NCBI GenBank assembly: GCA_963823335.1 | Contig: CAWGLD010000001.1 | Location: forward strand, 1,944,100 to 2,008,099 | Direction: 5' to 3' | DNA from: an uncultured delta proteobacterium | GTDB taxonomy: Bacteria > Desulfobacterota > Desulfobacteria > Desulfobacterales > B30-G6 | Length of the DNA stretch: 64,000 nt | Part shown: positions 54,083 through 63,703 of the stretch, piece after piece | How positions within the stretch are numbered: the stretch's first letter is position 1 | Layout: each line of letters starts with the position of its first letter | The notes under the pieces: model-generated | The model's input: only the letters and a program-made list of their open reading frames with translations | The model's database searches: none | Told to the model about the DNA's origin: nothing | Made by a program: the position numbers and the translations under genes

Positions 54083-54830
54083 TCAACTGCCGGTTTTGAG
54101 GCAGGCCTGCCATAAATCGATATTTGATTTCAGTTTAATTAGATGTTGTTCCACCTCATCGACATGGCGGTACATTTCGTCATGAGCCTTCTGGGGGTTT
54201 TTATCAAAAATTGCCTGATAAATATTTTCATGGGCATGTAGAACCGATTTGGAAAATTCAAGATCTGGTTTAAGGACTTTCTTGAAATCTTCGAGCAAGT
54301 TTTCTACAAAATCCAGGATGAGTATTAATATGGGATTTCGGGTATTTTCGGCGATCATGCGATGGAAGTGTATTTCATTTTGGGTGAGGTTATCAAGAAT
54401 TTTATCTTTCAGGTTTATTCGGGCCTTGTCATTTAGCTTCACGGAGTTTCTGAAGGTCCTCCTTGGCAATATGTTCGGCCGCTTTCATGGCGGCATGGGG
54501 TTCGAGCAGCTTTCTCAGCTCAGACAGATCCTCAATCGTCAGATCCTTAAAATAAAGAAAATTGGCCAGGCTCTGTTTGGTGACTTCAATGTCCACTTCC
54601 ACAATATGGGCGCCGCCGCCGATGCCTTTCCTGACATCGATCAGACCCATGTGTTCCAATGCCCGCAATGATTCCCTGAGCGTCTGCTTGCTGACCCCGA
54701 ACTGCTCCATCAGTTCTTTCTCAGGGGGCAGTATGTCACCGGGTTTCAGTCTGCCCGCCAGAATGGCTGTCCTGATCTGGTCGATAATTTTTTGCGTAAT
54801 CGTGCTGGTGCGAGCGATTTTAAACATCAT
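54083..54830 (-). CDS. FadR/GntR family transcriptional regulator (frameshift near 54430)
   Basis: LKPGDILPPEKELMEQFGVSKQTLRESL; FCD domain FHRMIAENTRNP, HENIYQAI. Confidence 0.9.
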
Positions 54831-55078
54831 ACCCCAACGTATGTTCAGTTCTATGCCATGTGCCAACGTATCGTTCCGGTTGCTCCGAAAAAGAAAGTGC
54901 CCCGGCTGAGGGACGTATTCGGAACATATGATGGCACCCCTATACACTGCCCGCTGAATAGGTTATCGATATGGCTTTGTCAACACAAATATAAAAATAT
55001 TTCAAATATGGAAATATACTAAATATTATAATATTTCATCTTTTTATGCGATCTATCTGATATATTTGTATTTATGTA

Positions 55079-55531
55079 CTAAGACGTCTTTATTAGATTG
55101 TTTTCGATGGCATGTATCCACTGGGGAGGGTAGGGAACTTTAAAGGCAGCGCTGTCCTGTCTGTCATTTTCATTCCTGAAATCGATTTTTACGACCGACT
55201 GGTGCAGATTAACGCCTTTTATGCTGTTGTCCGGGTACACATGGGCGATGTTTTTACCTGGGATGTTCAGCTCCAGCCTGGCGGTGCGGCTGCGGTAGAA
55301 AAGCCGGTCCGGCAGAAGCAGGAGAAACCCGCTGCTCCTGCGTGGTTTTCCCGGTTCGCTGGCTCTTCCAAAATAGTTGACACCAAAGCTCATGGCCAGG
55401 ATTTTCTGCCCGCTGAAGCGCTTTTCAATCCATTTCCGGTCTCGCCATCGAATAAAGGCGATATAGGCGATGATGCCGAAAAATATGAATGCAATGAACA
55501 GCCATTGCTGGTTTGCGTAAATACTTGTCAT
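55079..55531 (-). CDS. Hypothetical single-TM protein (possible PH-like domain)
   Basis: N-terminal TM, GFLLLLPDRLFY, terminal WIHAI helix. Confidence 0.65.
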   Translation of the reverse strand: MTSIYANQQWLFIAFIFFGIIAYIAFIRWRDRKWIEKRFSGQKILAMSFGVNYFGRASEPGKPRRSSGFLLLLPDRLFYRSRTARLELNIPGKNIAHVYPDNSIKGVNLHQSVVKIDFRNENDRQDSAAFKVPYPPQWIHAIENNLIKTS

Positions 55532-55642
55532 GAATTCGCCTTAAGCTCTAAGCAGCAAGCCGCTTATGATCTATCGCTAATAGCTCAACTTTCGGTTTTC
55601 ACCACTGATAGAGCGCTATAGGATTATGCATTTCGCGCTCGC

Positions 55643-55694
55643 TGAACCGAAAAAGCGAGCGCATTCCCCGTAGTCTGCCACGAGGAATCTTCAA
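55643..55694 (-). repeat. Short (52-bp) cargo-less copy of the modular element
   Basis: Minus strand TTGAAGATTCCTCGTGGCAGACTACGGGGAATGCGCTCGCTTTTTCGGTTCA. Confidence 0.85.
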
Positions 55695-55717
55695 TCTTGA
55701 AAGATATAATGGTACAG

Positions 55718-56083
55718 TTATTTAAACTCAGCCAAATATATCATTAATTTCTTTTTGGCCAGGTTATGTTTGTACCCGCTGCGGCTGCCCATGGCTGCCA
55801 GGAGCGAAACGGCAATTTCCTCATCGGTGCGGCCCTCGTTTCTGAGTTGTTTGACCCGGTCACCGTTCAACGCGATGAGGTTGCGGAATCCCTGACTGTC
55901 CCGGTTGAAAAAAACCACAAAGCCAAGCACAAAAACAATCAGGGACGATATGACGGCAACGTAAATATCCCCGGATGGGTCCGGAAAAACAGATCTGAGC
56001 AGGCTGTTTGAACTGCCAGCATTCAGAAGCGTATACATGGCCAATAAACCCACGGCAATCAGCAGCGCATAGACAATGTTCAT
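55718..56083 (-). CDS. Hypothetical two-TM membrane protein
   Basis: Clean ORF with two hydrophobic segments. Confidence 0.65.
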   Translation of the reverse strand: MNIVYALLIAVGLLAMYTLLNAGSSNSLLRSVFPDPSGDIYVAVISSLIVFVLGFVVFFNRDSQGFRNLIALNGDRVKQLRNEGRTDEEIAVSLLAAMGSRSGYKHNLAKKKLMIYLAEFK

Positions 56084-56164
56084 GATCGGCTTGGGCAAGG
56101 GATAACTCCATCTTGAGTAACGAAAAAAAGGGTCTAAGAGGTCGAGGGGCCAAGGTTTCAAGTG

Positions 56165-56201
56165 AGAAGGAGGGCAGGTTGATAAAACCGGCCCTCCTTC
56201 T
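56165..56201 (-). terminator. Hairpin downstream of the NCS2 permease
   Basis: AGAAGGAGGGC...GCCCTCCTTCT 11-bp stem. Confidence 0.5.
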
Positions 56202-56263
56202 GGCGTTCAAACATAACTGAAAATGAGCGGCGCAGCCGCGTTAGATAACTTCGCAAAGTGACG

Positions 56264-57832
56264 TTATACGGGCCTCATTTCGCCCTCTGCCATGGCATCC
56301 CAGCTGGCTTCAGCCTCTTCCCAGGCCTCATCGGATGCTTCAGTTTCCCAAATTTCCAGGCCCCTTTCAGCGCGTGTGGCACCGGGGAGCAGGTTGTCGA
56401 GGATAATTCCGATAATGGCAGTTACCGCCATACCCGTGCTCAGGACTGCCTGGAAGATATTTCCCAGCACATTGATGAAACTGCCCGGTGTTCCCCAGGC
56501 CAGGGCACCGCTGACAATCTGTCCGGTACCGACATCAAAGTGAGGTGTAAACCAGAAAGGAACGCTGAGACCGGCAAAAAAGGAGATACCGATGATAAAC
56601 AGGTTCCGGGAGTTGTTCAGGTTGACGATCTGAAGGTTGGAGAGACCCACCGATGCGATCATTCCGAACAGGCCCACAAACATGGCACCTACCACCGGCA
56701 TGGGCAGGGTTGCCAGGACAGCACCGAACTTGCCGATTATCGGGATGACCAGCATAACGGCTGCCCCGCAGCGCACGACCCTCCGGCTGGCCACCTTGGT
56801 CAGGCCGATGGAGCCAATGTTTTCAGAATAGGTGGTGGTGCCGTTACAGGTTTGCATGATACCGGCAATAAAACACCCCAATCCTTCGGCGCCGAGGCCT
56901 CTGGAGATCATTTTTCCTGTGGGAACAGGTGCTTCTGAAATACGGGCACAGGCATAGTAGTCACCGATGGATTCGATCATGGAGGCCAGGTAACCGGCCA
57001 GCATGCCAAAGACGCCGGCCCACATCACCGAGCTTCCAAACTGTGGAAATCCCCATTTAAACGGCATCAAGGGTTTTAGGCTGATCAAAGGAGCTGATCC
57101 GATCAGGCCAAGCTTGCCGGCCAGGTTAGCGGCATTGCCATCGGGGATGAGCCCGGTAATTGTGCCCAGCAGGGAGAGTATCCATCCCGTTGCAATGGCA
57201 AGCAGAACCGGGAATAGCATGAAAACTTTTGATTTGATGGAAAAAACCTGGGAATAGAGAATCAGGGCTATCAGGGTGGCCAACGATATGATCCAATTGG
57301 TTGCCATCCAGGGAGCACCGATGCCAAAGAGCGCCAGACCGATCATGGCGATGGTGGGGCCGATGACGATGGGGCTGATCAGTTTTCGGACCTGGCCCAT
57401 GATACCGGTGTAGCCCAGCACGATTTCCACCACCGAAGCAACCATGATGGCACCGGAAACCATCTGGATTTTGACCTGCCAGAGCGGAATGCCGGCGGAT
57501 CCGAATTTTTCTGCGGTGACCAGACCGAGAATTGCGAATGTGGGCCCGAGAAAAGAGAACGTCCCACCCTGGATAACCGGCAGTTTATTTCCGAGGGGGG
57601 ACTGCTGAATCAGCGTACACAATCCCGAAGTGAAAAAAATGGTTGATATTAACAACGCTAGTTCTTCGGGGGGAAGACCCATGGCACCGCCGACAATGAA
57701 CGGGATCAGTACGGTCGCACCGAACATGGTCAGATACTGCTGGATACCCAGTAGTACGGCAAGGCCCCATTTAGGCTTGCTCCCGATGGGATAAACTATC
57801 CAATGTTTGTGTTCACTTTTGTCTTCATTCAT
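56264..57832 (-). CDS. NCS2 nucleobase (uracil/xanthine) permease
   Basis: GIQQYLTMFGATV, QGGTFSF, ESIGDY, TTYSENIG..GLTKVASR, RNLFIIG. Confidence 0.93.
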   Translation of the reverse strand: MNEDKSEHKHWIVYPIGSKPKWGLAVLLGIQQYLTMFGATVLIPFIVGGAMGLPPEELALLISTIFFTSGLCTLIQQSPLGNKLPVIQGGTFSFLGPTFAILGLVTAEKFGSAGIPLWQVKIQMVSGAIMVASVVEIVLGYTGIMGQVRKLISPIVIGPTIAMIGLALFGIGAPWMATNWIISLATLIALILYSQVFSIKSKVFMLFPVLLAIATGWILSLLGTITGLIPDGNAANLAGKLGLIGSAPLISLKPLMPFKWGFPQFGSSVMWAGVFGMLAGYLASMIESIGDYYACARISEAPVPTGKMISRGLGAEGLGCFIAGIMQTCNGTTTYSENIGSIGLTKVASRRVVRCGAAVMLVIPIIGKFGAVLATLPMPVVGAMFVGLFGMIASVGLSNLQIVNLNNSRNLFIIGISFFAGLSVPFWFTPHFDVGTGQIVSGALAWGTPGSFINVLGNIFQAVLSTGMAVTAIIGIILDNLLPGATRAERGLEIWETEASDEAWEEAEASWDAMAEGEMRPV

Positions 57833-58030
57833 GGCACTTGCCCCTCCTTCCTGTTTGCCCATACAATTGGGTCTGGTTGATATTAAAGAACAAAAAGACA
57901 GCCTGTTTTTCCAATCAAAACCTATTGTGCTTGGATACTATGACGCTGGGAAACCAGAAAGGAGTCAACAGCGGATAGCCATCAGCCACCCACGAACCCT
58001 GGAATCCTTGACCCCTTGAACCCTGTTTTA

Positions 58031-58900
58031 TTACGGCAGTTGCCGGCATATTTCCGTATACATTTCAGGTCTTCGGTCCCGGAAGAATTGCCACCCGTCC
58101 CTGACTTCGCGGATTACATCAAGATCAAGGTCTGCGATAACGACTTCATCCTTGTCTTCACTGCCCTTTACGAGCATTTCGCCCCGCGGGTCTACAAAGT
58201 AGCTGGAACCGTAAAAACGTCCGAATTCCCAGGGTTTTTCGACACCGATTCTGTTGTTTGCACCGATAAAAACACCGTTGGCCACGGCCTGGGCGGGCTG
58301 TTCGAGTTCCCATAGATACTGTGATTTCCCGGCGGTGGTTGCGGATGGATTGAAAAGGATTTCAGCGCCGTTGAGAGCTAGAACTCTGGCACATTCGGGA
58401 AAGTGCCTGTCATAGCAGATGAAAATACCGATCTTGGCATAGGCGGTCTGAAATACCGGGAAACCGAGATTGCCCGGCTTGAAATAGAATTTTTCCCAGA
58501 AACCGGGCCATGTGTGCGGGATCTGAATTTTCCTGAACTTGCCCAGGTATTTTCCATCGGCGTCGACAACGGCGGCCGTGTTGTAGTAAACACCCTGCAT
58601 GGCTTCTTCGTAAACGGGAATGATCATTACCATATTGTATTTCTTGGCATATTCTGTCAGCAGTTCGGTGGTGGGACCGGGCACGGTTTCGGCTGTGGCA
58701 TACCACTTGGTATCCTGCTCGCAGCAGAAGTAGGGACCATAGAATATTTCCTGTAAGCAGAGGATATTCACTCCTTTTTCCCCAGCCTCTTGGATGAGGG
58801 GAATATGTTTCTCGATCATGGCTCGCTTGATTTCGGAAGGTGTTCCGTCGTGTTTGGGATTGGAGGCTTGAATGTGGGCGCACTTAATAAGTCTTGACAT
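58031..58900 (-). CDS. Beta-ureidopropionase (nitrilase-family N-carbamoyl-beta-alanine amidohydrolase)
   Basis: CLQEIFYGPYFC, KFRKIQIP, GFWEKFYFKPGN, ICYDRHFPE, WQFFRDRRP. Confidence 0.9.
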   Translation of the reverse strand: MSRLIKCAHIQASNPKHDGTPSEIKRAMIEKHIPLIQEAGEKGVNILCLQEIFYGPYFCCEQDTKWYATAETVPGPTTELLTEYAKKYNMVMIIPVYEEAMQGVYYNTAAVVDADGKYLGKFRKIQIPHTWPGFWEKFYFKPGNLGFPVFQTAYAKIGIFICYDRHFPECARVLALNGAEILFNPSATTAGKSQYLWELEQPAQAVANGVFIGANNRIGVEKPWEFGRFYGSSYFVDPRGEMLVKGSEDKDEVVIADLDLDVIREVRDGWQFFRDRRPEMYTEICRQLP

Positions 58901-58918
58901 GTTGATCCCCTTTCCTAT

Positions 58919-59081
58919 TACCTGAACTGAGCGATTTTTATCTCGATCTGCACCAATCTCTTGCGGATCAAAGGTTTGCAAAAAGCCTCGGCAGATCCAC
59001 GGGTATGCCTACGTTTTTTGCGAGCCCTCCTCCATCAAGATCTCGGCACATCTCTTCGGGAAAAATCGTTCAGTTCAGGTA
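58919..59081. mobile_element. MITE with terminal inverted repeats and TA ends
   Basis: TACCTGAACTGAGCGATTTTT ... AAAAATCGTTCAGTTCAGGTA; interior also folds (GGTTTGCAAAAA/TTTTTGCGAGCC). Confidence 0.8.
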
Positions 59082-59250
59082 GTATCTAAATTGTAGCTAT
59101 TTTCGGTTCAACATGTATCTTATGTAGGGAATCGGCGTCAAGAGTTTTTGGCGTGATTTGTATTGTAAAAGTGGGGTATATTTTCTATATGTTTTTATTG
59201 TCGGATATCGATATATGTTCTGAGTCTGTTTATAAAAAGGAGGTCATTGA

Positions 59251-60582
59251 GTGAATTGTGCAGATCATTTCAAGCAGATGAGCAAGGGTTTTGATTTTGG
59301 ACAGGCCCTGGCAGAGGCTGACCGTTGTCTTCTTTGTCATGACGCGCCCTGTTCAAGGGCATGTCCTGCGGAAACAGACCCGGCTGGATTCATTCGAAAA
59401 TTCCGGTTTCGAAATGTCACAGGAGCCATTCGAACGATTAAAAAAAACAACATTCTCGGTGGTGCCTGCGGTGTGCTCTGCCCAACAGCCGAGCTGTGTG
59501 AAAAAGAGTGCAGTGCAACGGGTATCGACCGACCTATCGCCATCGGCAAGCTCCAGCGGTTTCTTGTGGAGCATGCCCGGAAAATGGATTTCAGGGTGTT
59601 CGGGAAAGCAGAACCGCGTCCTGAAAAAATTGCCGTGGTGGGATCGGGGCCGGCGGGGTTGAGCTGTGCCGCGGAGCTGGCCAAGGACGGTTATCAGGTA
59701 ACGATCTATGAAGCACGTAAGGAGCCTGGCGGTGTTTTGCGTTATGGCGTTGTTTCGTTCCGTTTTGACATGGACTTTCTGGCGGCTGAGATGGCAGACA
59801 TCAAAAATCTGGGGGTTGAATTCAAGTGTTCCTCTCCCATTGACAGCCGGGGCGGGGCTGAGGATCTGCTCAAGAAAGGCTATCAGGCTGTGTTTCTGGC
59901 ACCTGGATTGTGGGATGCCGTGAGCCTGCAGGATGGGGAGCCGCCCATTCAGGGGCTTTACAGCTCTGTGAAGTACCTGGAGGGTTTGCGTGACGGGAGG
60001 TTGGAATCCTTTACAGAGGAATTTGAAAACAGGACGGTGGCTGTTATCGGCGGTGGTTCAGTGGCTATGGACTGCGTGGAATCCGCTGTCCGGCTGGGGG
60101 CCAAAGATGTGTACCTTGTCTACCGACGCTCTTACACTCAGATGCCGGCCGAAGAGGATGAAAGAATCGCGGCACTGCAGAAGGGCATCCATTTTCTGCT
60201 GTTGAATCAGCCCGTGGATTATGTCGTCGATGAAAACAAGTGTATAAAGGGTCTCGAACTTGTTCGTACGGTTCTGGGCGATGTGGATGCATCCGGCCGG
60301 CGGTCGCCTGTCAACGTGGAGGGCTCCCAATGGATCCTGGACACCGACGTGGTCATAGAGGCCATCGGCAACAAGGCCGATGACCAGTCACCGGCGTGGT
60401 ATCCGAACGTAAAGCTGAAGGCGAAAAATCTGATCCAGGCGGATCCCGATACAGGCAGAACGTCGGTGGAGGGGATTTTTGCCGGCGGTGATATCGTCAG
60501 GGGACCGGCGCTGGTGGTTAACGCCGTACAGGACGGGAAGGTGGCTGCCCGGGCTATTAAGGAATACCTGGCCACAGTTTAA
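59251..60582 (+). CDS. preT: Dihydropyrimidine dehydrogenase subunit PreT (GltD-like)
   Basis: EADRCLLCHDAPCSRACP, CGVLCP...CEKEC, VGSGPAG, IGGGSVAMD, FAGGD; upstream of preA. Confidence 0.88.
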   Translation: MNCADHFKQMSKGFDFGQALAEADRCLLCHDAPCSRACPAETDPAGFIRKFRFRNVTGAIRTIKKNNILGGACGVLCPTAELCEKECSATGIDRPIAIGKLQRFLVEHARKMDFRVFGKAEPRPEKIAVVGSGPAGLSCAAELAKDGYQVTIYEARKEPGGVLRYGVVSFRFDMDFLAAEMADIKNLGVEFKCSSPIDSRGGAEDLLKKGYQAVFLAPGLWDAVSLQDGEPPIQGLYSSVKYLEGLRDGRLESFTEEFENRTVAVIGGGSVAMDCVESAVRLGAKDVYLVYRRSYTQMPAEEDERIAALQKGIHFLLLNQPVDYVVDENKCIKGLELVRTVLGDVDASGRRSPVNVEGSQWILDTDVVIEAIGNKADDQSPAWYPNVKLKAKNLIQADPDTGRTSVEGIFAGGDIVRGPALVVNAVQDGKVAARAIKEYLATV

Positions 60583-60688
60583 TGTTTACCATAGAAACCC
60601 ATGTCCTTTGGGCGTGGTCAGGGATAATTTGCTCTGCAAGAATCAGTCAGAGAAAGAATAAAGGATCTCATAGGATAATTTTCTAAAG

Positions 60689-60916
60689 ATGAACGTCCAA
60701 CGTCGAACGCTGAACATCGAACATCGAATGAAAACGAATATTGAAAAACCTCGCAACCCGGATAAGCTGGTATTTACGTTTCGCTCCAACAAGACTTGTC
60801 GGCGAACTCAAGTCGTGTTGCCACGGGGGATGCAGTCGCTGTCGCAGTACAGTTTCTTCATATTTCAAATTCAACATTCGATGTTGGACGTTCAATGTTC
60901 GATGTTCGATGCTCAT
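60689..60916. repeat. Inverted heptamer array element ((GAACRTC)n ... (GATGTTC)n) between preT and preA
   Basis: About 42-bp symmetric arms 60689-60730 and 60875-60916. Confidence 0.85.
60741..60851 (+). repeat. Long-cargo, diverged copy of the modular element nested inside the heptamer element
   Basis: TTGAAAAACCTCGCAAC ... CCACGGGGGATGCAGTCGCTGTCGCAGTACA (24/31 to the consensus tail). Confidence 0.72.
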
Positions 60917-61012
60917 TAAAAGAAATAATATTTTTCCCAAACAAACCGGCAGTTACGCTTCGTTCTAACCTGTTTGCCGGGGTTAGATTCAAACCAATTA
61001 GGAGGATATATT

Positions 61013-62326
61013 GTGCCCAGTCAACCCATCGATCTATCCATTGAATTCTGCGGGAAGACGTTTTTAAACCCATTCCTGCTCTCTTCGTCACCGGTATCCA
61101 ACAGTGCTGAAATGGTTGCCCGGTCTTTTGAGGCCGGCTGGTCCGGCGTGATGTTCAAAACACTGAACTCGGATCGCCTGAAAATTACCCATCCGTCCCC
61201 GAGGATGAACGCTTTTCATTATGGTGCCAAACGGGTTGTGGGGGTCCAGAACGTGGAACAGATCTCCGATCGACCTTTGAAGGACAACCTGGCCGATTTT
61301 CTGTATCTGAAAAAACATTACCCGGCGCACATTTTGATATCCAGTATCATGGGGTTTTCCAATGAAGAGTGGGCCTATCTGGCCAGGGTGTCCGAGGACA
61401 ATGGCGCAGATATGCTGGAACTCAATTTTTCCTGTCCCCATATGTGTATCGAGGGATCCGGGCATCATGTGGGTCAGGCCTTTGACCTGATTGAAAAATT
61501 TACCACGACGGTCAAGAACACCGTTTCTATTCCGGTGATTGCCAAGATGACCCCCAATATTACGGATATGACGGAACCGGCTATTTATGCTAAAAATGGT
61601 GGCGCTGATGCCATTTCCGCCATCAACACAGTCAGCGGCATATCAGAAGTCGGTCTGGAAGATCTGGTTCCCAAACCCAACATATTCGGCATAGGGGCCG
61701 TCAGTGGCACATCCGGGCCGGCCATAAAACCCATCGGGCTGCATTTCATTGCCGACATGGCCCGGTGCGAACGTCTTGCGCTGCCACTCTCCGGGATCGG
61801 GGGTATCGAGACCTGGATCGATGCCCTGGAATACATCCTGCTGGGTGCATCGACAATACAGGTAACCACCGGTATCATGCACTATGGTTACCGGATCGTG
61901 GAAGACATGATCGAAGGGTTATCGGACTTTATGGCCCAGCGCGGCGTAACAGGGGTCAGCGATCTGGTGGGCAAGGCGCTGCCGAACCTGAAAACAACTG
62001 ATCATTTCGATCTGGACCGCCAGGGTATTACCCACTACGATATCGATAAATGTGTGGGATGCGGTCAGTGCTATATTGTATGTACCGATGCCGCAGGCCA
62101 GGCTATCGAGTGGGATTCAAAAGAACGCAGGCCGAGGCTGGTGGAAGACAAGTGTTTGAGCTGCATGCTCTGCAGCTTTGTCTGCCCAGTGTCCGGGTTG
62201 ATCTCATTTAAGGAGATGCCGGCAGCTTGGCGCCGCGATGAGACCCGGGTTATGGATAAAAATCTGGAGAGTGAGATTAAGTTTGAAGTATTTACCAAGG
62301 AGGGACCCAATGAGTGTACTTATTAA
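61013..62326 (+). CDS. preA: Dihydropyrimidine dehydrogenase subunit PreA
   Basis: NPFLLSSSP, NVEQISD, ELNFSCPH, KMTPN, AINT, SGPAIKPI, C-terminal 2x[4Fe-4S]. Confidence 0.95.
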   Translation: MPSQPIDLSIEFCGKTFLNPFLLSSSPVSNSAEMVARSFEAGWSGVMFKTLNSDRLKITHPSPRMNAFHYGAKRVVGVQNVEQISDRPLKDNLADFLYLKKHYPAHILISSIMGFSNEEWAYLARVSEDNGADMLELNFSCPHMCIEGSGHHVGQAFDLIEKFTTTVKNTVSIPVIAKMTPNITDMTEPAIYAKNGGADAISAINTVSGISEVGLEDLVPKPNIFGIGAVSGTSGPAIKPIGLHFIADMARCERLALPLSGIGGIETWIDALEYILLGASTIQVTTGIMHYGYRIVEDMIEGLSDFMAQRGVTGVSDLVGKALPNLKTTDHFDLDRQGITHYDIDKCVGCGQCYIVCTDAAGQAIEWDSKERRPRLVEDKCLSCMLCSFVCPVSGLISFKEMPAAWRRDETRVMDKNLESEIKFEVFTKEGPNECTY

Positions 62327-63701
62327 AGGCGGTACGATTGTAACCTCGACCGGGCGGTATGTTGCGGACGTGTATACAGAAGGAGACAAGATCAAATCTA
62401 TTGGAAAGGGTCTTGATGTAGTCGCAGACGAAACCATCGAAGCAAAAGGGAAATATGTGCTTCCTGGAGCCATCGATCCTCATACGCATATTTCCATGCC
62501 GTTCATGGGGACGAGTGCGCAGGACGACTACGAAACCGGTACCATTTCAGCCGCATGTGGGGGGGTCACCACGGTGGTCGATTTTGATCTGCAGCAAAAA
62601 GGTGAATCCCTTTTTGAGGCTCTTGAAAGGAAAAAATCATGGGCCCAGGGAAAAGCGGCGGTGGACTTCTCATTGCATCCAGCTGTCATGGACCCGAGAC
62701 CGGAGGTTATTGAGGAGGTCAAAAAGGCAATCCTGGATTACGGCACACCCAGTTTCAAGATATTTATGGTGTATGATTTCAGGGTGGATGATGCCACCAT
62801 GATCAAACTCCTGGAGGAGACAAAAAAATATGGTGGGCTGGTGCAGGTCCACGCGGAAAATGTCTACATCATTCAGCACATGAACGAAGTGCTCGAAAAG
62901 GAAGGAAAGCTGGCACCCTACTACCATGCCGTCAGTCGACCCAATATTGCCGAAGAAGAGGCTGTTTCAAGGGCCGCTAAAATGGTGGAGCTGACCGGTT
63001 CACGGATTTATATTGTCCACCTTTCTTCCAAAGAAGGACTTTTCAGGGTTCAAGAAGCCAGAAACCACGGCATCGATGTGTTTGCAGAAACCTGTCCCCA
63101 GTATTTGCTTTTGAATGAGGACCGCTACAAGGAAGCGGATTTCAACGGTGCCAAGTATGTCATGTCGCCACCGTTGAGAACAAAAGCAAGCAGCGAAGCC
63201 TTGTGGGGGGGCTTGAAGGGTGGGGATCTCCAGGTGGTTGCAACGGATCATTGCCCGTTTGACTTCCATGGTAAAAAGGACATGTTTGGAAAAGATGATT
63301 ATAAAAAAATTCCCAATGGTGCTCCAGGCATCGAGACCCTTCTCATGCTGATGCATACGGAGGGTGTGGTCAACGGCCGCATCAGTCTCGAACGCATGGT
63401 GGATGTTCTTTCTACAGGAACCGCCCGGATGTTCGGATTAAAGGACAAGGGTGAAATCATCGTGGGCAAGGATGCCGATATCGTTGTTTTCGATCCGGAT
63501 CAAAAATTCACAATAACCCAGGAGAAACTTCATATGAATGTCGATTACACGCCTTATGAAGGCATGGAAATGACCGGTATGCCATATGCTGTTTATTCCA
63601 GAGGCAAGCGGGTTGCAGAATGGAATGGCGAGCAGGTTGCCTTTGTCGGCGAGATCGGCAGGGGTCGATTTATCAAACGGGAACCGTTTGAAGGATTTTA
63701 A
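62310..63701 (+). CDS. hydA: Dihydropyrimidinase
   Basis: PGAIDPHTH, SFKIFM, VHAEN, ETCPQY, YVMSPPLR, ATDHCPF, IPNGAPG. Confidence 0.95.
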   Translation: MSVLIKGGTIVTSTGRYVADVYTEGDKIKSIGKGLDVVADETIEAKGKYVLPGAIDPHTHISMPFMGTSAQDDYETGTISAACGGVTTVVDFDLQQKGESLFEALERKKSWAQGKAAVDFSLHPAVMDPRPEVIEEVKKAILDYGTPSFKIFMVYDFRVDDATMIKLLEETKKYGGLVQVHAENVYIIQHMNEVLEKEGKLAPYYHAVSRPNIAEEEAVSRAAKMVELTGSRIYIVHLSSKEGLFRVQEARNHGIDVFAETCPQYLLLNEDRYKEADFNGAKYVMSPPLRTKASSEALWGGLKGGDLQVVATDHCPFDFHGKKDMFGKDDYKKIPNGAPGIETLLMLMHTEGVVNGRISLERMVDVLSTGTARMFGLKDKGEIIVGKDADIVVFDPDQKFTITQEKLHMNVDYTPYEGMEMTGMPYAVYSRGKRVAEWNGEQVAFVGEIGRGRFIKREPFEGF

Positions 63702-63703
63702 CC

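Noticed and set aside
50900-54440. Programmed frameshifting in the aminotransferase, mmsA and GntR genes
   Set aside because: Multiple scattered indels in adjacent genes with no consistent slippery site; better explained as consensus errors
60683-60940. Small ORFs in the preT-preA gap
   Set aside because: Translations (NVQRRTLNIEHR) are artefacts of the heptamer repeats
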